NCBI GenBank assembly: GCA_965603825.1
Contig: CBFDEM010000032.1
Location: 372,001 to 436,000 of the forward strand
Length of the DNA: 64,000 nucleotides
Source: Blepharisma stoltei ATCC 30299
Lineage: Eukaryota > Protista > Ciliophora
Direction of reading: 5' to 3'
Below the pieces are notes generated by a model. It was given only the letters and a program-made list of their open reading frames with translations, did no database searches and was not told the DNA's origin. The translations under genes were made by a program, and so were the position numbers. This document shows, in pieces, positions 48,206 to 60,285 of the stretch (positions are counted from its first letter, which is position 1; each line of letters begins with the position of its first letter).

Positions 48206-50641
48206 ATGGAATCAGATCATGAAGATCTTGGAGGTGAAGTTTTCACATGGGGCTCAGGTGAAATGGGACAGCTAGGATTTTCACCAATCGAAGTCGCACA
48301 ACTGCCAAAAGATTCAGAAAGTTTTCCATATCAGCCTTTTCCAGTCCCAATAAGAACTCTGTCAGGCTATGTTATCACCCAAGTAGCCGGTGGCGATGGC
48401 CACTCGCTTGCAGTTACAAGTAATGGCCGGGTTTATTCATGGGGTGCAAGTGCGTGTGGCCAGCTCGGACTAAGCGATATAGATCAAATGCCAAAAGATT
48501 CTGAAGGATATCCCTATCATCCAGAGCCCAGACTTACAGAAGGACTTTTAGATTTCAAAATTGTTTTGGTTTCTTGTGGAGACGCACATACAGCTGCACT
48601 CACATCAGAAGGAATTGTTCTTACATGAGGTGGGGGAGGCTGTGGACAACTAGGCCATCCAGATACTTTAAATATGCCAAAAGATGATGATGGATGCCCG
48701 TTTCAGCCGGAGCCGAGGATAGTGGACTCTTTAAATGTATCAATAAAACATATAAGCTGTGGAAAAGCGCATACAGTCGCAATAAGTGAAGAAGGACTTA
48801 TGTATACGTGAGGAGCTGGGGCATGTGGACAACTGGGACATCCGGATACGTCGGTGTTTCCTTTGGATGAAGATGGGTATCCATATCATCCAGTCCCGAA
48901 ATTAGTATCTGCACTTAGAGCTTATAAGCTGAAAATGGCAGCTTGTGGAGATGTACATACTCTGGCTCTATCAGAAGAAGGAAGCTTATATTGCTTTGGG
49001 GGTGGGAGTTTCGGCCAATTAGGTTTAGGAAACATAAAAAACTTGCCTGTAGATGTTGATGATTGCCCGTTTATGCCGATTCCTAAACAAATAGAAACTC
49101 TTAAAAAAACAAAAATTTCATATATTGCATGTGGAGATTCTCATAGTATGGCTGTTACAGTAAATGGAGAACTATATGGCTGGGGAGCTGCAGCTTGTGG
49201 GCAACTAGGCATTGAAGATACAGCCTATTTACCAAAAGATCAAGAAGAGTCTCCTTATGAACCTTTGCCTAGACTGATTACAGAGCTAAAAGGGAAAATC
49301 GTTACTTCAGTCGCATGTGGAGAAGCCCATACTTTGGTACTCACAGACCGAGGAGTACTATATAGCTTTGGTGCTTCAAGTTGTGGGCAACTAGGACTTC
49401 TACAGCAAGATCTCACAGACAACACAAAAAGAAGGATTGCAAGATCTATACGAGACTCCGAACAAAAATCAGTTAATTATCAGCCGACGCCTAAACTAAT
49501 ATCTCAATTGCTATCTAGAAAAGTTTTAGCTATCGCCTGCGGAGGTGTTCATAATATTGTTATAGCAGAGCCATCACCCCAATCGCTTGCTGCAGATTTG
49601 TATTCTTCATTCAAACAAGGGCTATTTACAGATGTGAATTTTGTGTTTAAAGTAGGATCAAGAGAAGAAATCATAAGTTGCCATAAGATTGTGCTTGCAA
49701 GTCGTTCTGACTATTTTAAGCAATTATTAAAAAATACGTCGACGATAGAAATGACGTATTCAAAAGAAGCATTCAGCAAAGTAATTGAGTATATCTATTT
49801 GGACGATATGGAAATTCTACTGGAAACAATATCATCTTGCAAATCTTATGACCAAGTTGTAGAACTCTTAGAATTAGCAAATAATTTTAAATTAAGTGAA
49901 CTGCAAAAAGCCTGCCAAACCCATCTAATGCAAATTTTAAGACCCTATATACCAGATCCTTTGCCAATAGACCATGGAAATAATTTGAAAGGGCTAATAT
50001 TCTTGCCTGATGGGCGAGCTGCAATTTTACCATCAGCTGCTTATCAAAGAATGCTATCAGAGTCCATAATGCTTGATACTAGAGACCAAAATTCTCCTGA
50101 AGTGGAGCCTAGGCTGTATCCATTGGGTATGAATTTGCTTAAAGAGCTAAATTCTCCCGAATTCAGCGATGTCACTTTAATTGTTGAAGGAAAGCCTATT
50201 TATGCTCATAGAGTCATAATTGCTGCACAAAGTCAATATTTTTCTGCTTTATATAGCCATGGATTTCGAGAAGCTAGAGAAGGGATAGTTGAAATTGGAG
50301 ATGTTACATATAATGGAATGATGAATTTATTAAGGTATTGCTATAGTGATGAACTACAAATCGACCTAGATACAGTTCTTGATTTGTTTACATTGTGTGA
50401 AAGATTTTCTGTGCCTGGAGTGAAACAAAGAGGCGAATTCCAGCTTGTGCCCAGTTTGAGCGTTGAAAGAGCTGCACAACTGTTTAAGTATGCCAAAAAT
50501 TTCCAATGCGGACGGCTAAAGGAGATTTGTTTAGTGTATATTGAAGAGCACTTTAATCAAGTTATTGGAACGCAGGCTTTCGAGGATCTTGATAAAGATA
50601 GCATTTTGGAAATTATGAGATTTAATAAATGCTATAGATAA
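48206..50641 (+). CDS. RCC1-repeat plus two BTB domains (RCBTB-like Cul3 adaptor, 811 aa)
   Basis: RCC1 blades (ACG..H, WGxxxxGQLG) with TGA=W at 48626 and 48809; BTB FTDVNF..CHKIVLASRS and FSDVTLIV..AHRVIIAAQS. Confidence 0.9.
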
Positions 50642-50668
50642 TGTTATTGATATTTAAGGTTTTGATTA

Positions 50669-52186
50669 TTATGAGTTTATAATAAAATTGTGAATGTCAG
50701 TATCGAAACTGATTTCATTGTAAATTGAAATAAATTCTGATGACTCTTTTTCGTTGGCTAAATCTATAGAATTAGATGAATCAGATTGATATTTTGACTT
50801 GTCAATATATTGCAATATGCTTTCATTTTGCTTATCTGAGTCTCCCCTTTCTACAAATGAATCTTGGAGATATTCAAATTTATTAATCATATCATCCCAA
50901 CTTTTGATATATTTCTGCTTTCTCTCTTCCAATGCCACTTCTTCTGCGTGGATTTCTTTATATTTTTCAGATATCTCTAATTCTTTTTCGCAGATTATTT
51001 CGTCTCTTTTTTCTATTTCTTTTAAAACCTTTTGTAGAATTTCTTGTGAAGATTCTATTTCTTGCTTTTCCCTCATGCTTTGCTCTAAGAAGTCATTTTT
51101 TTCATTTTCAAATAATATTTTTGCTTCATTTAGCTCGCTTTCTTTTCTGGCTATCAAGCTTAATTGATTTCTAATACTGGCTTCTTTTTCTATCAGCTCA
51201 TTATCTTTTTCCATAAGCTTTACTTGCATTTCATCTATTTCATACATATTTGTTTGAGAAATCAAATCATTATACTGTGCTTCTTTACTTTTTAGAACGA
51301 ATTCTCTTGCTATTAGCTCGTTATTTTTTTCTTCTCATTGGTTTATCTGATTTGAAAGATTTGCTTCTTTTCTTTTTAAGATTTCATATTTTTGTTTTAT
51401 GTCATCGTTCTCAATTTGAGAAATAATATCATTTATTTTCAGCCTACATTCAAGCTCAATATAAAGGCTATCAAGCTTATTAGCTTTCGCCACATTTTCT
51501 TTATCTTTCAATTCAACAAATTTAATTTTTTTTGCTAATTCAGCATCTCATTGAGCCAGATACTTTTCTTTGCTCATTAGCTCTCGAGTTTTTCTCTCCA
51601 AACATTCAGAAAACCGCTTTATTTCATTATCAGCATTTTCTCTATGGGTGCTATTTTGATTATTTTGCCGATTATCAGTATTCTTTAATTCAGCTAAGCT
51701 TTTGTCAATAATTTCATCAATGTTTATTTTTCCTGAAAGATTTTTCCTATGCTGATTTGAGGCCATTTCAGATGAAAGCTTAAGGCTTTCTTCTCTATTT
51801 TCTATTTCTTTTTGTCTTCTATCCAAGGCTGCACTTCATTCTTCAAGGCTAACAAGTTTATCTCTAACGGTTCTCAACAGTTTTGTTATATACTCATTGT
51901 TTTGCTTTGAATTAAATTCGTTAACTGTAGCGATATTTCCTTTAATGTCACCCATATTAGCACAATCAGTAAATTTAGGCTTATTTTGTGATTTCTTACT
52001 AGAATGGTTTATATTGGTATTTGTTTCGGCAGGGGTGGAATTATATGCACAGGCAAATGGATTTTCAAACTTTTTCTCAGGAGAGCTTTCTCTGTATTTT
52101 GTGAGTAATTTTTTAAGATCTTTCATATGAATAGTATCCAAGGCAATGGTATTGCAGATGCTAGAGGAATGATTGTGCTTTTTCAT
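50669..52186 (-). CDS. Long coiled-coil protein
   Basis: Three TGA=W join ORFs 51836-52186, 51548-51826 and 50669-51265 in one frame. Confidence 0.75.
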
Positions 52187-52283
52187 GAATAATTTATATG
52201 AGTAACATATTTTTACATAAAATCTAGAAATTTAAAATATGAAGAGTTTCTTTGGATTTTATATATTCTAGGTCTAATTAATA

Positions 52284-52952
52284 CTAACTGCAATTAGGAA
52301 AAGTAAACCCACCGCATGCAAGTAAAACTATAAAGCCTATCACAACAAGCAAAATTGCAATAATAATCAAGCTGAGTTTGAAGTTTTTTCACCACATATG
52401 TCTTTTAACTCTTGTAGAAGTTTTTCTCAAAGTGACGGCTTGATCACTCATATATGCTGTCTTGCTAACCAAAAGCTCAATTTTATCTCCTCGGGCAAGA
52501 ACTTTATCAATATTTTCAATCATAACGTCTCTTGTCTTATCTAGCGTTTGCCTGACAATCTTCAGTTTATCTGCATTAGGATCTGTGTTAAAAAACTCCA
52601 TTCTCTGTTTCATTATATCTTCAAATTGCTTGCTGGCAGAAAATCCAATAGCTTTTTGAGCTTCTTCACCGAATTTTGCCTGGAATTTTTCTCTTAAGTC
52701 GAATAAGAAATTGTAAGCAGCTCTATTTGAGAAAGCAGCATCTGTCATACATAGATATGTGAAGCCAGAATCATTATGATAATGGAAAATATACTTATCT
52801 TCATAGGAATATGATATTGAGGAGTTTGGCTTTATTTTTTGAAGTATTTTTAGAGCCATCAGTTGAAAATTGCCTTCAGCCAGAGAGACTTCTGCAAGGG
52901 GTGTAGGATTATTGTCATTTGCGACAAGAGCATATATAATTGATGATGACAT
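52284..52952 (-). CDS. VAMP7: VAMP7-like longin R-SNARE
   Basis: Longin domain, ENIDKVLARGDKIELLV SNARE; TGA=W gives MWWKNFK followed by TM helix and ACGGFTFPNC. Confidence 0.93.
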
Positions 52953-53271
52953 TTCTTGTAAATTATGGCATTGAAATCAATTGATTACAGATAAAAATTT
53001 AATGAATTCTGCTAATTATTAAAAAGGCTTTTATTTTCAATTAATTCAGCAAGCAATTTTAATCTTTTTGAAAATAATCGAAAGTTCTTAAATATGCATT
53101 AGAACGTTGTAAATTTGAATCATCTAAAATAGTAAGCTACTTTGAGCAAATGACCATCTTAAATTCTAAATTTCAATGCTTTTTAACTTAGAAGCTTTGA
53201 GCTTTCAAAAAGATACCAACACACACAGTTTTAGAAAAATGTAATATATCATATTCAAAATACATTATAAA

Positions 53272-54810
53272 ATGTCAAATAAAAGATTAGTTGATTCAGC
53301 TTTAGGCGTAATTTATAATTAGAGCCAAGCAGTTGCCTTTAATTACAATAAGCTCGCAGTCGAATGTATGAAATCAAATAACCTCGAGCTTGGCTTAGAC
53401 TTACTTCAAAAAGCATATAAGATTACAAAAAATCTTCCATCAAATAGTAATCATCTTCTCAAGCTAACAACCCTCAATAATTTAAGCTGCGCTTATATGA
53501 GAATAAGCAGCATAAAGCAGGCCAAAGAAATTCTTAATGAAGCTTTGGAAGTTGCCTCCACATTATCTACAGGATACAAAGAAATTGCTAGCACCTATTT
53601 GAATATCAGTGCAATTGAATCCTCATTTGGATTTCACAAGGAATCACTAGCCCACGCACAAAAAGCCTTAAAAACCCTTCAAGAAAATAACGAAAACAGC
53701 TCATCAACAGCGATAATTGCATTTTATAATATCGGTTCTGAACAGCTTCAGTTGGGAATTATAGAAGGACTTGACAACTTAAAAACGAGCTATGACTTAG
53801 CAAACTCAAATTTATCACCTAACGAGCCTTTAATTGAATATATCAAAAATAACTATGCCGATGCTTGCTTAAAATACAAAAAAGTCCCAAAAGCCGAGAA
53901 AATTATGCCGAATTTCAGAATAAAATCCAAAACTTCTGCTCAGAATTTCGACCACTTAAATTCACAAAAAATGATTTATAAAAGCCAAAAAACGTCTGAG
54001 TCTTCATCACATCCTAAAATAAAGGCAACACGGGCTGAAATCAGCGTAGCTAAAGGAGGGTCTTGTGATTATTCTAAAGGTGACGACAATTGAGCTATGA
54101 AAGTTGGCAGCCAAAAGAAATTAAAGCCATCGCCGAGGATGACTGAAGGACTTAAAAAAATCAAGCCAAAAGAGCCTGACGGAAAAGTACTAAAATCGAG
54201 ATCTGGAAGGAAAATCAGGGTTCTTCAAAAGCAGTCTACAAGTGAAAAAAATTCTCAAGCTTCAAGCGAAGGTTCGCTCATAAAAAAAGTTGAATCCCCA
54301 AAGCCAGAAATGGATAGAATTACTTCAATAAGCGAAAAAATCGAAAGCCTTAAGAGACAGCTGTGCAAGTTCGAAGAGGTTTGCAAACCTTTAAAAGCAA
54401 TGGACTTAGAGTCTTTGGATTCTCAAGCATCATCCGATAGAATTATTACTATTAGAGATAAAAGCGCAAGAATTATACAAAATAGTGTCAGGAAATGGCT
54501 GAAACATATAAGCACAACAAGAGAGCATACAAATTCGTTAGAAAATCAAAATTTAGAGGATTTTCGCTATAAAAAAGAACAAAACTCATTGAAAAACCTT
54601 ATAAAGCAGCATGAAAGAAGCTCTGATGTAAGCAGCTCAGATAAAGATGGTGAGACTCCAAATAAAACAGAAAATCCACTTTTTGTTAGGGTTAACGGCT
54701 ATAATTCGCAAACAATTTCTAATAAAATCAGCTTGAAATCTCACGCTAAAGCATACGAAAATCTCCGAAGGCATAAAATCAAGTACGATAGCGTCAAACC
54801 TGTTCAATAA
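53272..54810 (+). CDS. TPR protein with IQ-like motif
   Basis: ATG 53272, intron 53308-53322, TGA=W 54091; TLNNLSCAY, TYLNISAI, AFYNIGSE; IQ-like SARIIQNSVRKWL. Confidence 0.8.
53308..53322 (+). other. 15-nt intron
   Basis: gtaatttataattag. Confidence 0.8.
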
Positions 54811-55008
54811 TTAATAAAAATTTTGAGTTAATAAATAAACATTATTTATTAATGATTCGAATAATTCTAGCAAGCCTGATGCTCTTTACAAGTCTACTCT
54901 TAAGTAATTAATTTTTTTTGTACCTAATCCATAATATAAACCATTCTTATGCACATTTTTGTATATCTACTTTTATTTTTCATCTCATAAAAACCAATTA
55001 GATCAACA

Positions 55009-55900
55009 ATGGATCTAGACTTACTTAAAGAAAACCTCTATATGTCCTTAGAAGATTCAAGGGATGACTCTATAAAGCTTTCAATTCTCAAGTGCTTCTA
55101 CATACAATTAGTTAAATATCGCGTATCCAGAAGACCAACCAAATCTATTTTATTTACAGATATCCCTGAATTATATCGTCGATCATTTAAATCTAACCGA
55201 AACAGCCGAAATTTCAATAATTGCAGCTCGCCACCACTAATGCAAGCTTTATCTGACCCTTTCAAGCGCACCAGCTCAGACGAAATAAAGCTAGGATTGA
55301 ATAGCCTTGACGATATAGGCTGAAAACAGAAAAATAAATTATGTAAATCATAATCAGACAGTGATGAAGAATATGATTTAATCAGGAAAAACTTTTTATT
55401 CTTGTTTTCTATCCACCGCACTCAAGAAGGCGCAAGAGTGCATAATGGAACTCATGAAATACACAAGTCGAATATTAAACAATTTTTTCTGGACTGCTCA
55501 ATATCGTCGTTGCGGATGCTAGATATAGCAATGTGCAATATTCAAGATACTTTATGAGTCAATTTATCTGATTTCACTAGGTGTATAGAGGAGTTCCAGA
55601 AGTTTATCATGGAATACTCAACTATTTTAGCGCAAGATCCTGTTTTCAGGGCCAATATCACGATGCAGCTTCTTTTATGTAATTATAAACTTAGTCTTCT
55701 TTCGATTTGTCGATATCCGCAGAAGAAATTTATTAGACAAAGTAGGCCTTGAAATAGCTTTAAGTATGGCGTCAAAGAAAAAACGCAGCAAAACTAATTT
55801 TACTGACCTTGTAAACTTTTCATTTTCAAAAGTTGAAGAAATTACTGGAGAACCCAAAATTGAGATTTCCTTTGAAGAATTTGAACAAGCTTTACAATAA
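55009..55900 (+). CDS. Hypothetical protein with degenerate EF-hand-like C-terminus
   Basis: Two TGA=W, introns 55343-55357 and 55679-55694; ends FRFVDIRRRNLLDK...ISFEEFEQALQ*. Confidence 0.7.
55343..55357 (+). other. 15-nt intron
   Basis: gtaaatcataatcag. Confidence 0.75.
55679..55694 (+). other. 16-nt intron
   Basis: gtaattataaacttag. Confidence 0.72.
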
Positions 55901-55946
55901 ATATATTGTTATAATTCCTTAAGTTAATCTAAACTGTTTTGCCAGT

Positions 55947-56474
55947 TTATAGAAGCACACAGCAGGATGGTCGATAGACTCCGATTTTTTTGTAAGAGTT
56001 GAGAAACTTTATCTGGTAAAAATTCAGGGCTCCCTGCCTATGTTTTCTGATCAGACTCACTGCGTGATTCGGATCCAAGCCAGCTTCTATCAGAGCGATA
56101 GCCACTAGCACAGGAGCCCTTCCCAGCCCAGCCAGACAATGCACGGCTATGCATGGCGATTTTCCTTGTGTGACCTTAATTTTTCCATTCTCAAAAAATG
56201 TGTTCTTCACCAAACTGAGCCACTTGAGGATTACTGCTTTAGGAGGAGCTGATCCATCAGTAAAATTCAATTTCTACTTAGTTCTTACATGGATTTCAAT
56301 TCCTCTCTCTTCGAAAACTCTATCATCATACATCCCCTCACATGTTCTAGCTAAATGAACCACTCCTAAATGCTCGAGCTCTTCAGCATAAATTTCAGCA
56401 TTTTCGTCGGAAGGTGCATCCATCACAATAAATTTTAATCCTCCGCTCGAAATCAATGAAGGTTTGTTAATCAT
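55947..56474 (-). CDS. PTP4A: PRL-type protein tyrosine phosphatase (prenylated)
   Basis: KFIVMDAPS, F.DG..PP, VHCLAGLGRAP, CaaX CVLL; intron 56274-56288. Confidence 0.92.
56274..56288 (-). other. 15-nt intron
   Basis: gtaagaactaagtag. Confidence 0.9.
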
Positions 56475-57303
56475 TTCTCATTTATATTGCAATGGGATCG
56501 ATTGATTATTTTTGATAATTATTTATCAATTACATAAAATATTTAGGAAAGACTTAACAGAAATATCGCATCATATAAGCAATTGATTTAATTAAAAGTT
56601 GTTTTTGTCCATAAATATAATATAACTTATATTTTATGCTAATTGATAATTTTCATTGTTGTCGAGCAATAGTTGTATAGAATTTGTAAAAGCGGATATA
56701 TAATCATTATTATTAATCCCTAAAGAATAAAATAGAAATTTCAATTAATGTATTATTGGCTCAAAGCTAATTATCATTATTATCTTTATATAAGTCAAAG
56801 CCCGAACAAATAGATCATTAAATATCAGTCAGAAATTGCTCAGGCTAATAAATTAGTCGAACTAGATACCCATATAAAATAAAGATGCTATGCTAGTTAC
56901 CTTAAATTAATAGAATAAATTAAAAGATATCTTTTACTTAATTAATTTTAGCATGAAATTGATAAGTCTCCTAATCTTAAATGCTCAATTTTCTTTATTG
57001 AAAAGCATTGATACTAATACTTTCAGGGTAAAAAGATAGAATTTTCACATAATGAAAGAAGATCTTAATAATTAGCAACAACTGAGAGTTATTATTTTAT
57101 TTTTTTAAATTATAAAATACTGAGAGATGAAATGATGATTAATTAAGCACCCTTATTCACTGATAAGTGTTGGATGCCAAATATTAAGTTATTAAGTTAT
57201 CAAGTAAACAACTAAATGGTGTTGATTAAATTGGATCAATATGAAACCAGCAAATTCAAAAAATTGATACATTCTAACAGTGACATAAATTACAAAAATA
57301 TTA

Positions 57304-57729
57304 ATGGAAATAAGTATTCCAGGATTCAGAGAAGTAAAAGTTGGGAGCAAGAATTATATTCTCTACACTATAGAAATCGTATTCGGAGAATGGCGAAACA
57401 CTATAGAGAAAAGATATTCTGAGCTGTTAGAACTCCATCAAGTTATGAAACTTATGAGAAGGGTTTTAAGCAAGCCACTTCCTCATTTCCCTGGACAAAT
57501 GATATGGAAGCAAGTGTTCAAAAAATTGAAACCTGAAGAGATAAATAAAAGAAAGGAAGATTTAGAACGGTATTTGCAAGACCTCGTCAGAACTGACTGT
57601 GCAGCAAATAGCCGATTCTTTGTAGAGTGGATGGGCATCCCTCAAAGAGTTAGAAATGAATGGATTGCTGGAGCACATTGGGAAGGAAGAAATAATATTC
57701 TTGCTCAGCAACTACAGTTAGTAAAGTAA
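57304..57729 (+). CDS. PX-domain protein
   Basis: YILYTIEI..EKRYSELLELH..LPHFPG..INKRKEDLERYLQ. Confidence 0.88.
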   Translation: MEISIPGFREVKVGSKNYILYTIEIVFGEWRNTIEKRYSELLELHQVMKLMRRVLSKPLPHFPGQMIWKQVFKKLKPEEINKRKEDLERYLQDLVRTDCAANSRFFVEWMGIPQRVRNEWIAGAHWEGRNNILAQQLQLVK

Positions 57730-57997
57730 ATTTCGTAAATATTTATTAAAAATGGCTTACAAAATAATTCAAATAATGGGTTTAAAAATTATATTTTTGG
57801 CAACTTCTTAAATGTTTTAGTTATCAGATTCATTTAATACAAATGTTTTAATATGAACAAGAAAATGATATAAAAAGATAATTTTAAGTATTTTTGTTTT
57901 TAATTGATATAAAATAAATCATTATATAATTGCTACTCATTGAAAAATACATATCCTTCAAAAAGCAATTAAATAATTTAATTTTATAAATAATTAT

Positions 57998-60094
57998 ATG
58001 AAAACTTGTGCTTATTGCAAAAGAATAATTTTTTCTGGCGATAGACATGATTTATTCTGTGTACAACGAATCAAACATTTGGGTGACACTGGAGAACAGA
58101 AAGAAATAGAAGCCTCAATAGGCTTTAAAAATAATCTTGGAGATATGAATTGCTTTCTAAATGCAGCTCTGCAAGCATTGTAAATCTTATTTAGATGGCA
58201 CATTACACCTATAAAAGAAAATATTTTGGGATGCAGTTTGCATTGCCCCTCTAATAGAAATCATTGGTGCATTCTTTGTGGCATTAAGAAAATTTTTCAA
58301 GAAATCAATGAAATGGCGAGAAAATCCAACCAAGTAAATTTTGATGCAAGTGAACTTAGAAGCAATTTAGCTAGTCTGCATATCGAATCAGGTGAATTTA
58401 AGCTTAATTCATCAGCAGACAGCATGGAAGTGTTAATTGAAATATTAAATACCATGCACAATGCCTATATTCATAATGACTCCATGAATGCTTCAAATAT
58501 TTTGTGTGAACCAAAATGCCCTTCGCATTTCACATTTGATTTTCAAATTGAAGAAAAATCAATTTGTGCTTGTCAAGCTGAAAATATTACACAATGAGAT
58601 TATTGCACTTTTTCACATCCATTTTATATCAATGATATATTAGAAGAAAGCAAAAAAATTAATTCAAGTATTCTTATGAGGGTTGATATGGAAGAAATCA
58701 ATAATTTTGTGGGAAACTCTAGCGTTGTGCCCTTTAAATTTAGGTTGGCAGATTTTATTAAAGCACAATGAAGGGATAATGTTGTAAAAAAATGTGCTGG
58801 GGATAGAGAAAATTGTAGATATAACTCTTCAACAAAGGAATTGAGACTCAGAACAATTCCACGATTTCTGATATTTCAATTAGTGTGAAATGATATTTAT
58901 CAGAAAAGACTTGATATTTTGAAAGTAATTACAAGTATTTCTGGTTCTATTAACGTAGAATCAATTTATGCCAATATAAATCAGCAATGCTATAATCTTC
59001 ATAGCATGATAATTTATGGACTTGGACACTATATATATTGTTTTCGCAATAAACGAAGAAATCAATGATATAAATGTGATGACGATAAAGAATCAATTAT
59101 TGGTGAAGGAAAATGAGAGGATTTTATTGAAGATATGATAAACTCAAAGCAGTATCCTGTTGGGCTGTTTTATGAAATGTCAAATTTAATGGATAATTAT
59201 GAATTATCAGATTCGAAACTTTTGGAGCTCGAAAGACATTGCCTCTTTGATGATCTTGAAGAAGGACCAAAAGAACCAGACACAAATCAAGATCCCACAC
59301 TAGTTCGGCCTACACCCAGCATAATCAATGAGCCTCCCAAACAAATTGTATACCAAATTCCTGAAAGGCAAATGTGAACATGCAAATGCGGGCATGAAAA
59401 TGAAATTAATTGGAGCCTCTGCAGTAAATGCAGCTCCCTCAAAGCTGGAGAAGTTGGCTGAGTCTGCAATAGCTGCACCTTTATAAATGACATTAACCTC
59501 TCCATTTGTGAATCTTGTGGCCAAGAAAAGTTTGAGCATATTACATCTCCAAATTTATGAAGATGCATTATATGCAGCTTTGAAAATTCAATAAATTCAA
59601 CTATTTGCAGCTCGTGCAAAAATTCAAGGTTAGGGGAATCTTGAAAATGCAAATATTGTGCCACTCCAAACTCTTCAAGAGCTTCTATGTGCAAAAATTG
59701 TAGGAATAAAAAAGAAGAATCTATTGATAGATGTGAAAGATGTGGGAAGCAGACACCTAATTTAAAAATTTGCCTTGATTGTAGAATAAGAGCGAACGGT
59801 TATAATAATCGTTGTGAGCCAGCTTCACAAAATCATGTAAAATTTTGCTTCAAATGCAATAAGGTACTAATAAACTGATTGTGCAATTATTGTGAAGCTA
59901 GGATTGAGCAATCAAACTATAATGGCTTTTGTCCATATTGCAATAAAAAAGATATAGACTTTCCCACTCTTTGTGAAAGCTGCTCGAAAATATGTTGGGT
60001 TTGCAGTTGCGGAAGATGTAATATTGGATTAGAATATCAATGTATCTACTGCAAACTTTACAAGTCACTTTCAATTAATCGGCCAAGGTATTAA
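57998..60094 (+). CDS. USP53/54-like deubiquitinase with RanBP2/NZF-type zinc-finger array (693 aa)
   Basis: Intron 58180-58194, ten TGA=W; Cys box GFKNNLGDMNCFLNAALQALWH, His box YGLGHY..WYKCDD..KWED..YPVGLFY; WxCxxC..N...CxxC repeats. Confidence 0.85.
58180..58194 (+). other. 15-nt intron
   Basis: gtaaatcttatttag; restores LQALWH. Confidence 0.9.
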
Positions 60095-60285
60095 GACTAT
60101 TTTAACATTGATTAAGCTTATTTTTAATCCTAATTCCTTTGACTAAGCATGATTTCCCACTCATTTACATCAAGATGTTGGGTTTTCTTGCTGCTGATAA
60201 TCCTGATATACACTAGGGAGCTATTTAAATTCTGAATATTAAAGTATTAACATTAAATATAAATTAGCAAAAAAGTTTTATTACG

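Noticed and set aside
56475-57303. Retained IES, transposon or telomere-addition site in long AT-rich spacers
   Set aside because: No terminal inverted repeats, transposase remnants or telomeric repeats recognised
57998-60094. Selenoprotein with multiple UGA-Sec codons, or UGA=Cys
   Set aside because: TGAs occupy Trp positions of WxC fingers and USP boxes rather than Cys positions
44812-60094. Functional ubiquitin-system gene cluster (F-box fusion, RCC1-BTB, USP)
   Set aside because: These families are large in ciliates and are interspersed with unrelated genes; no evidence of co-regulation
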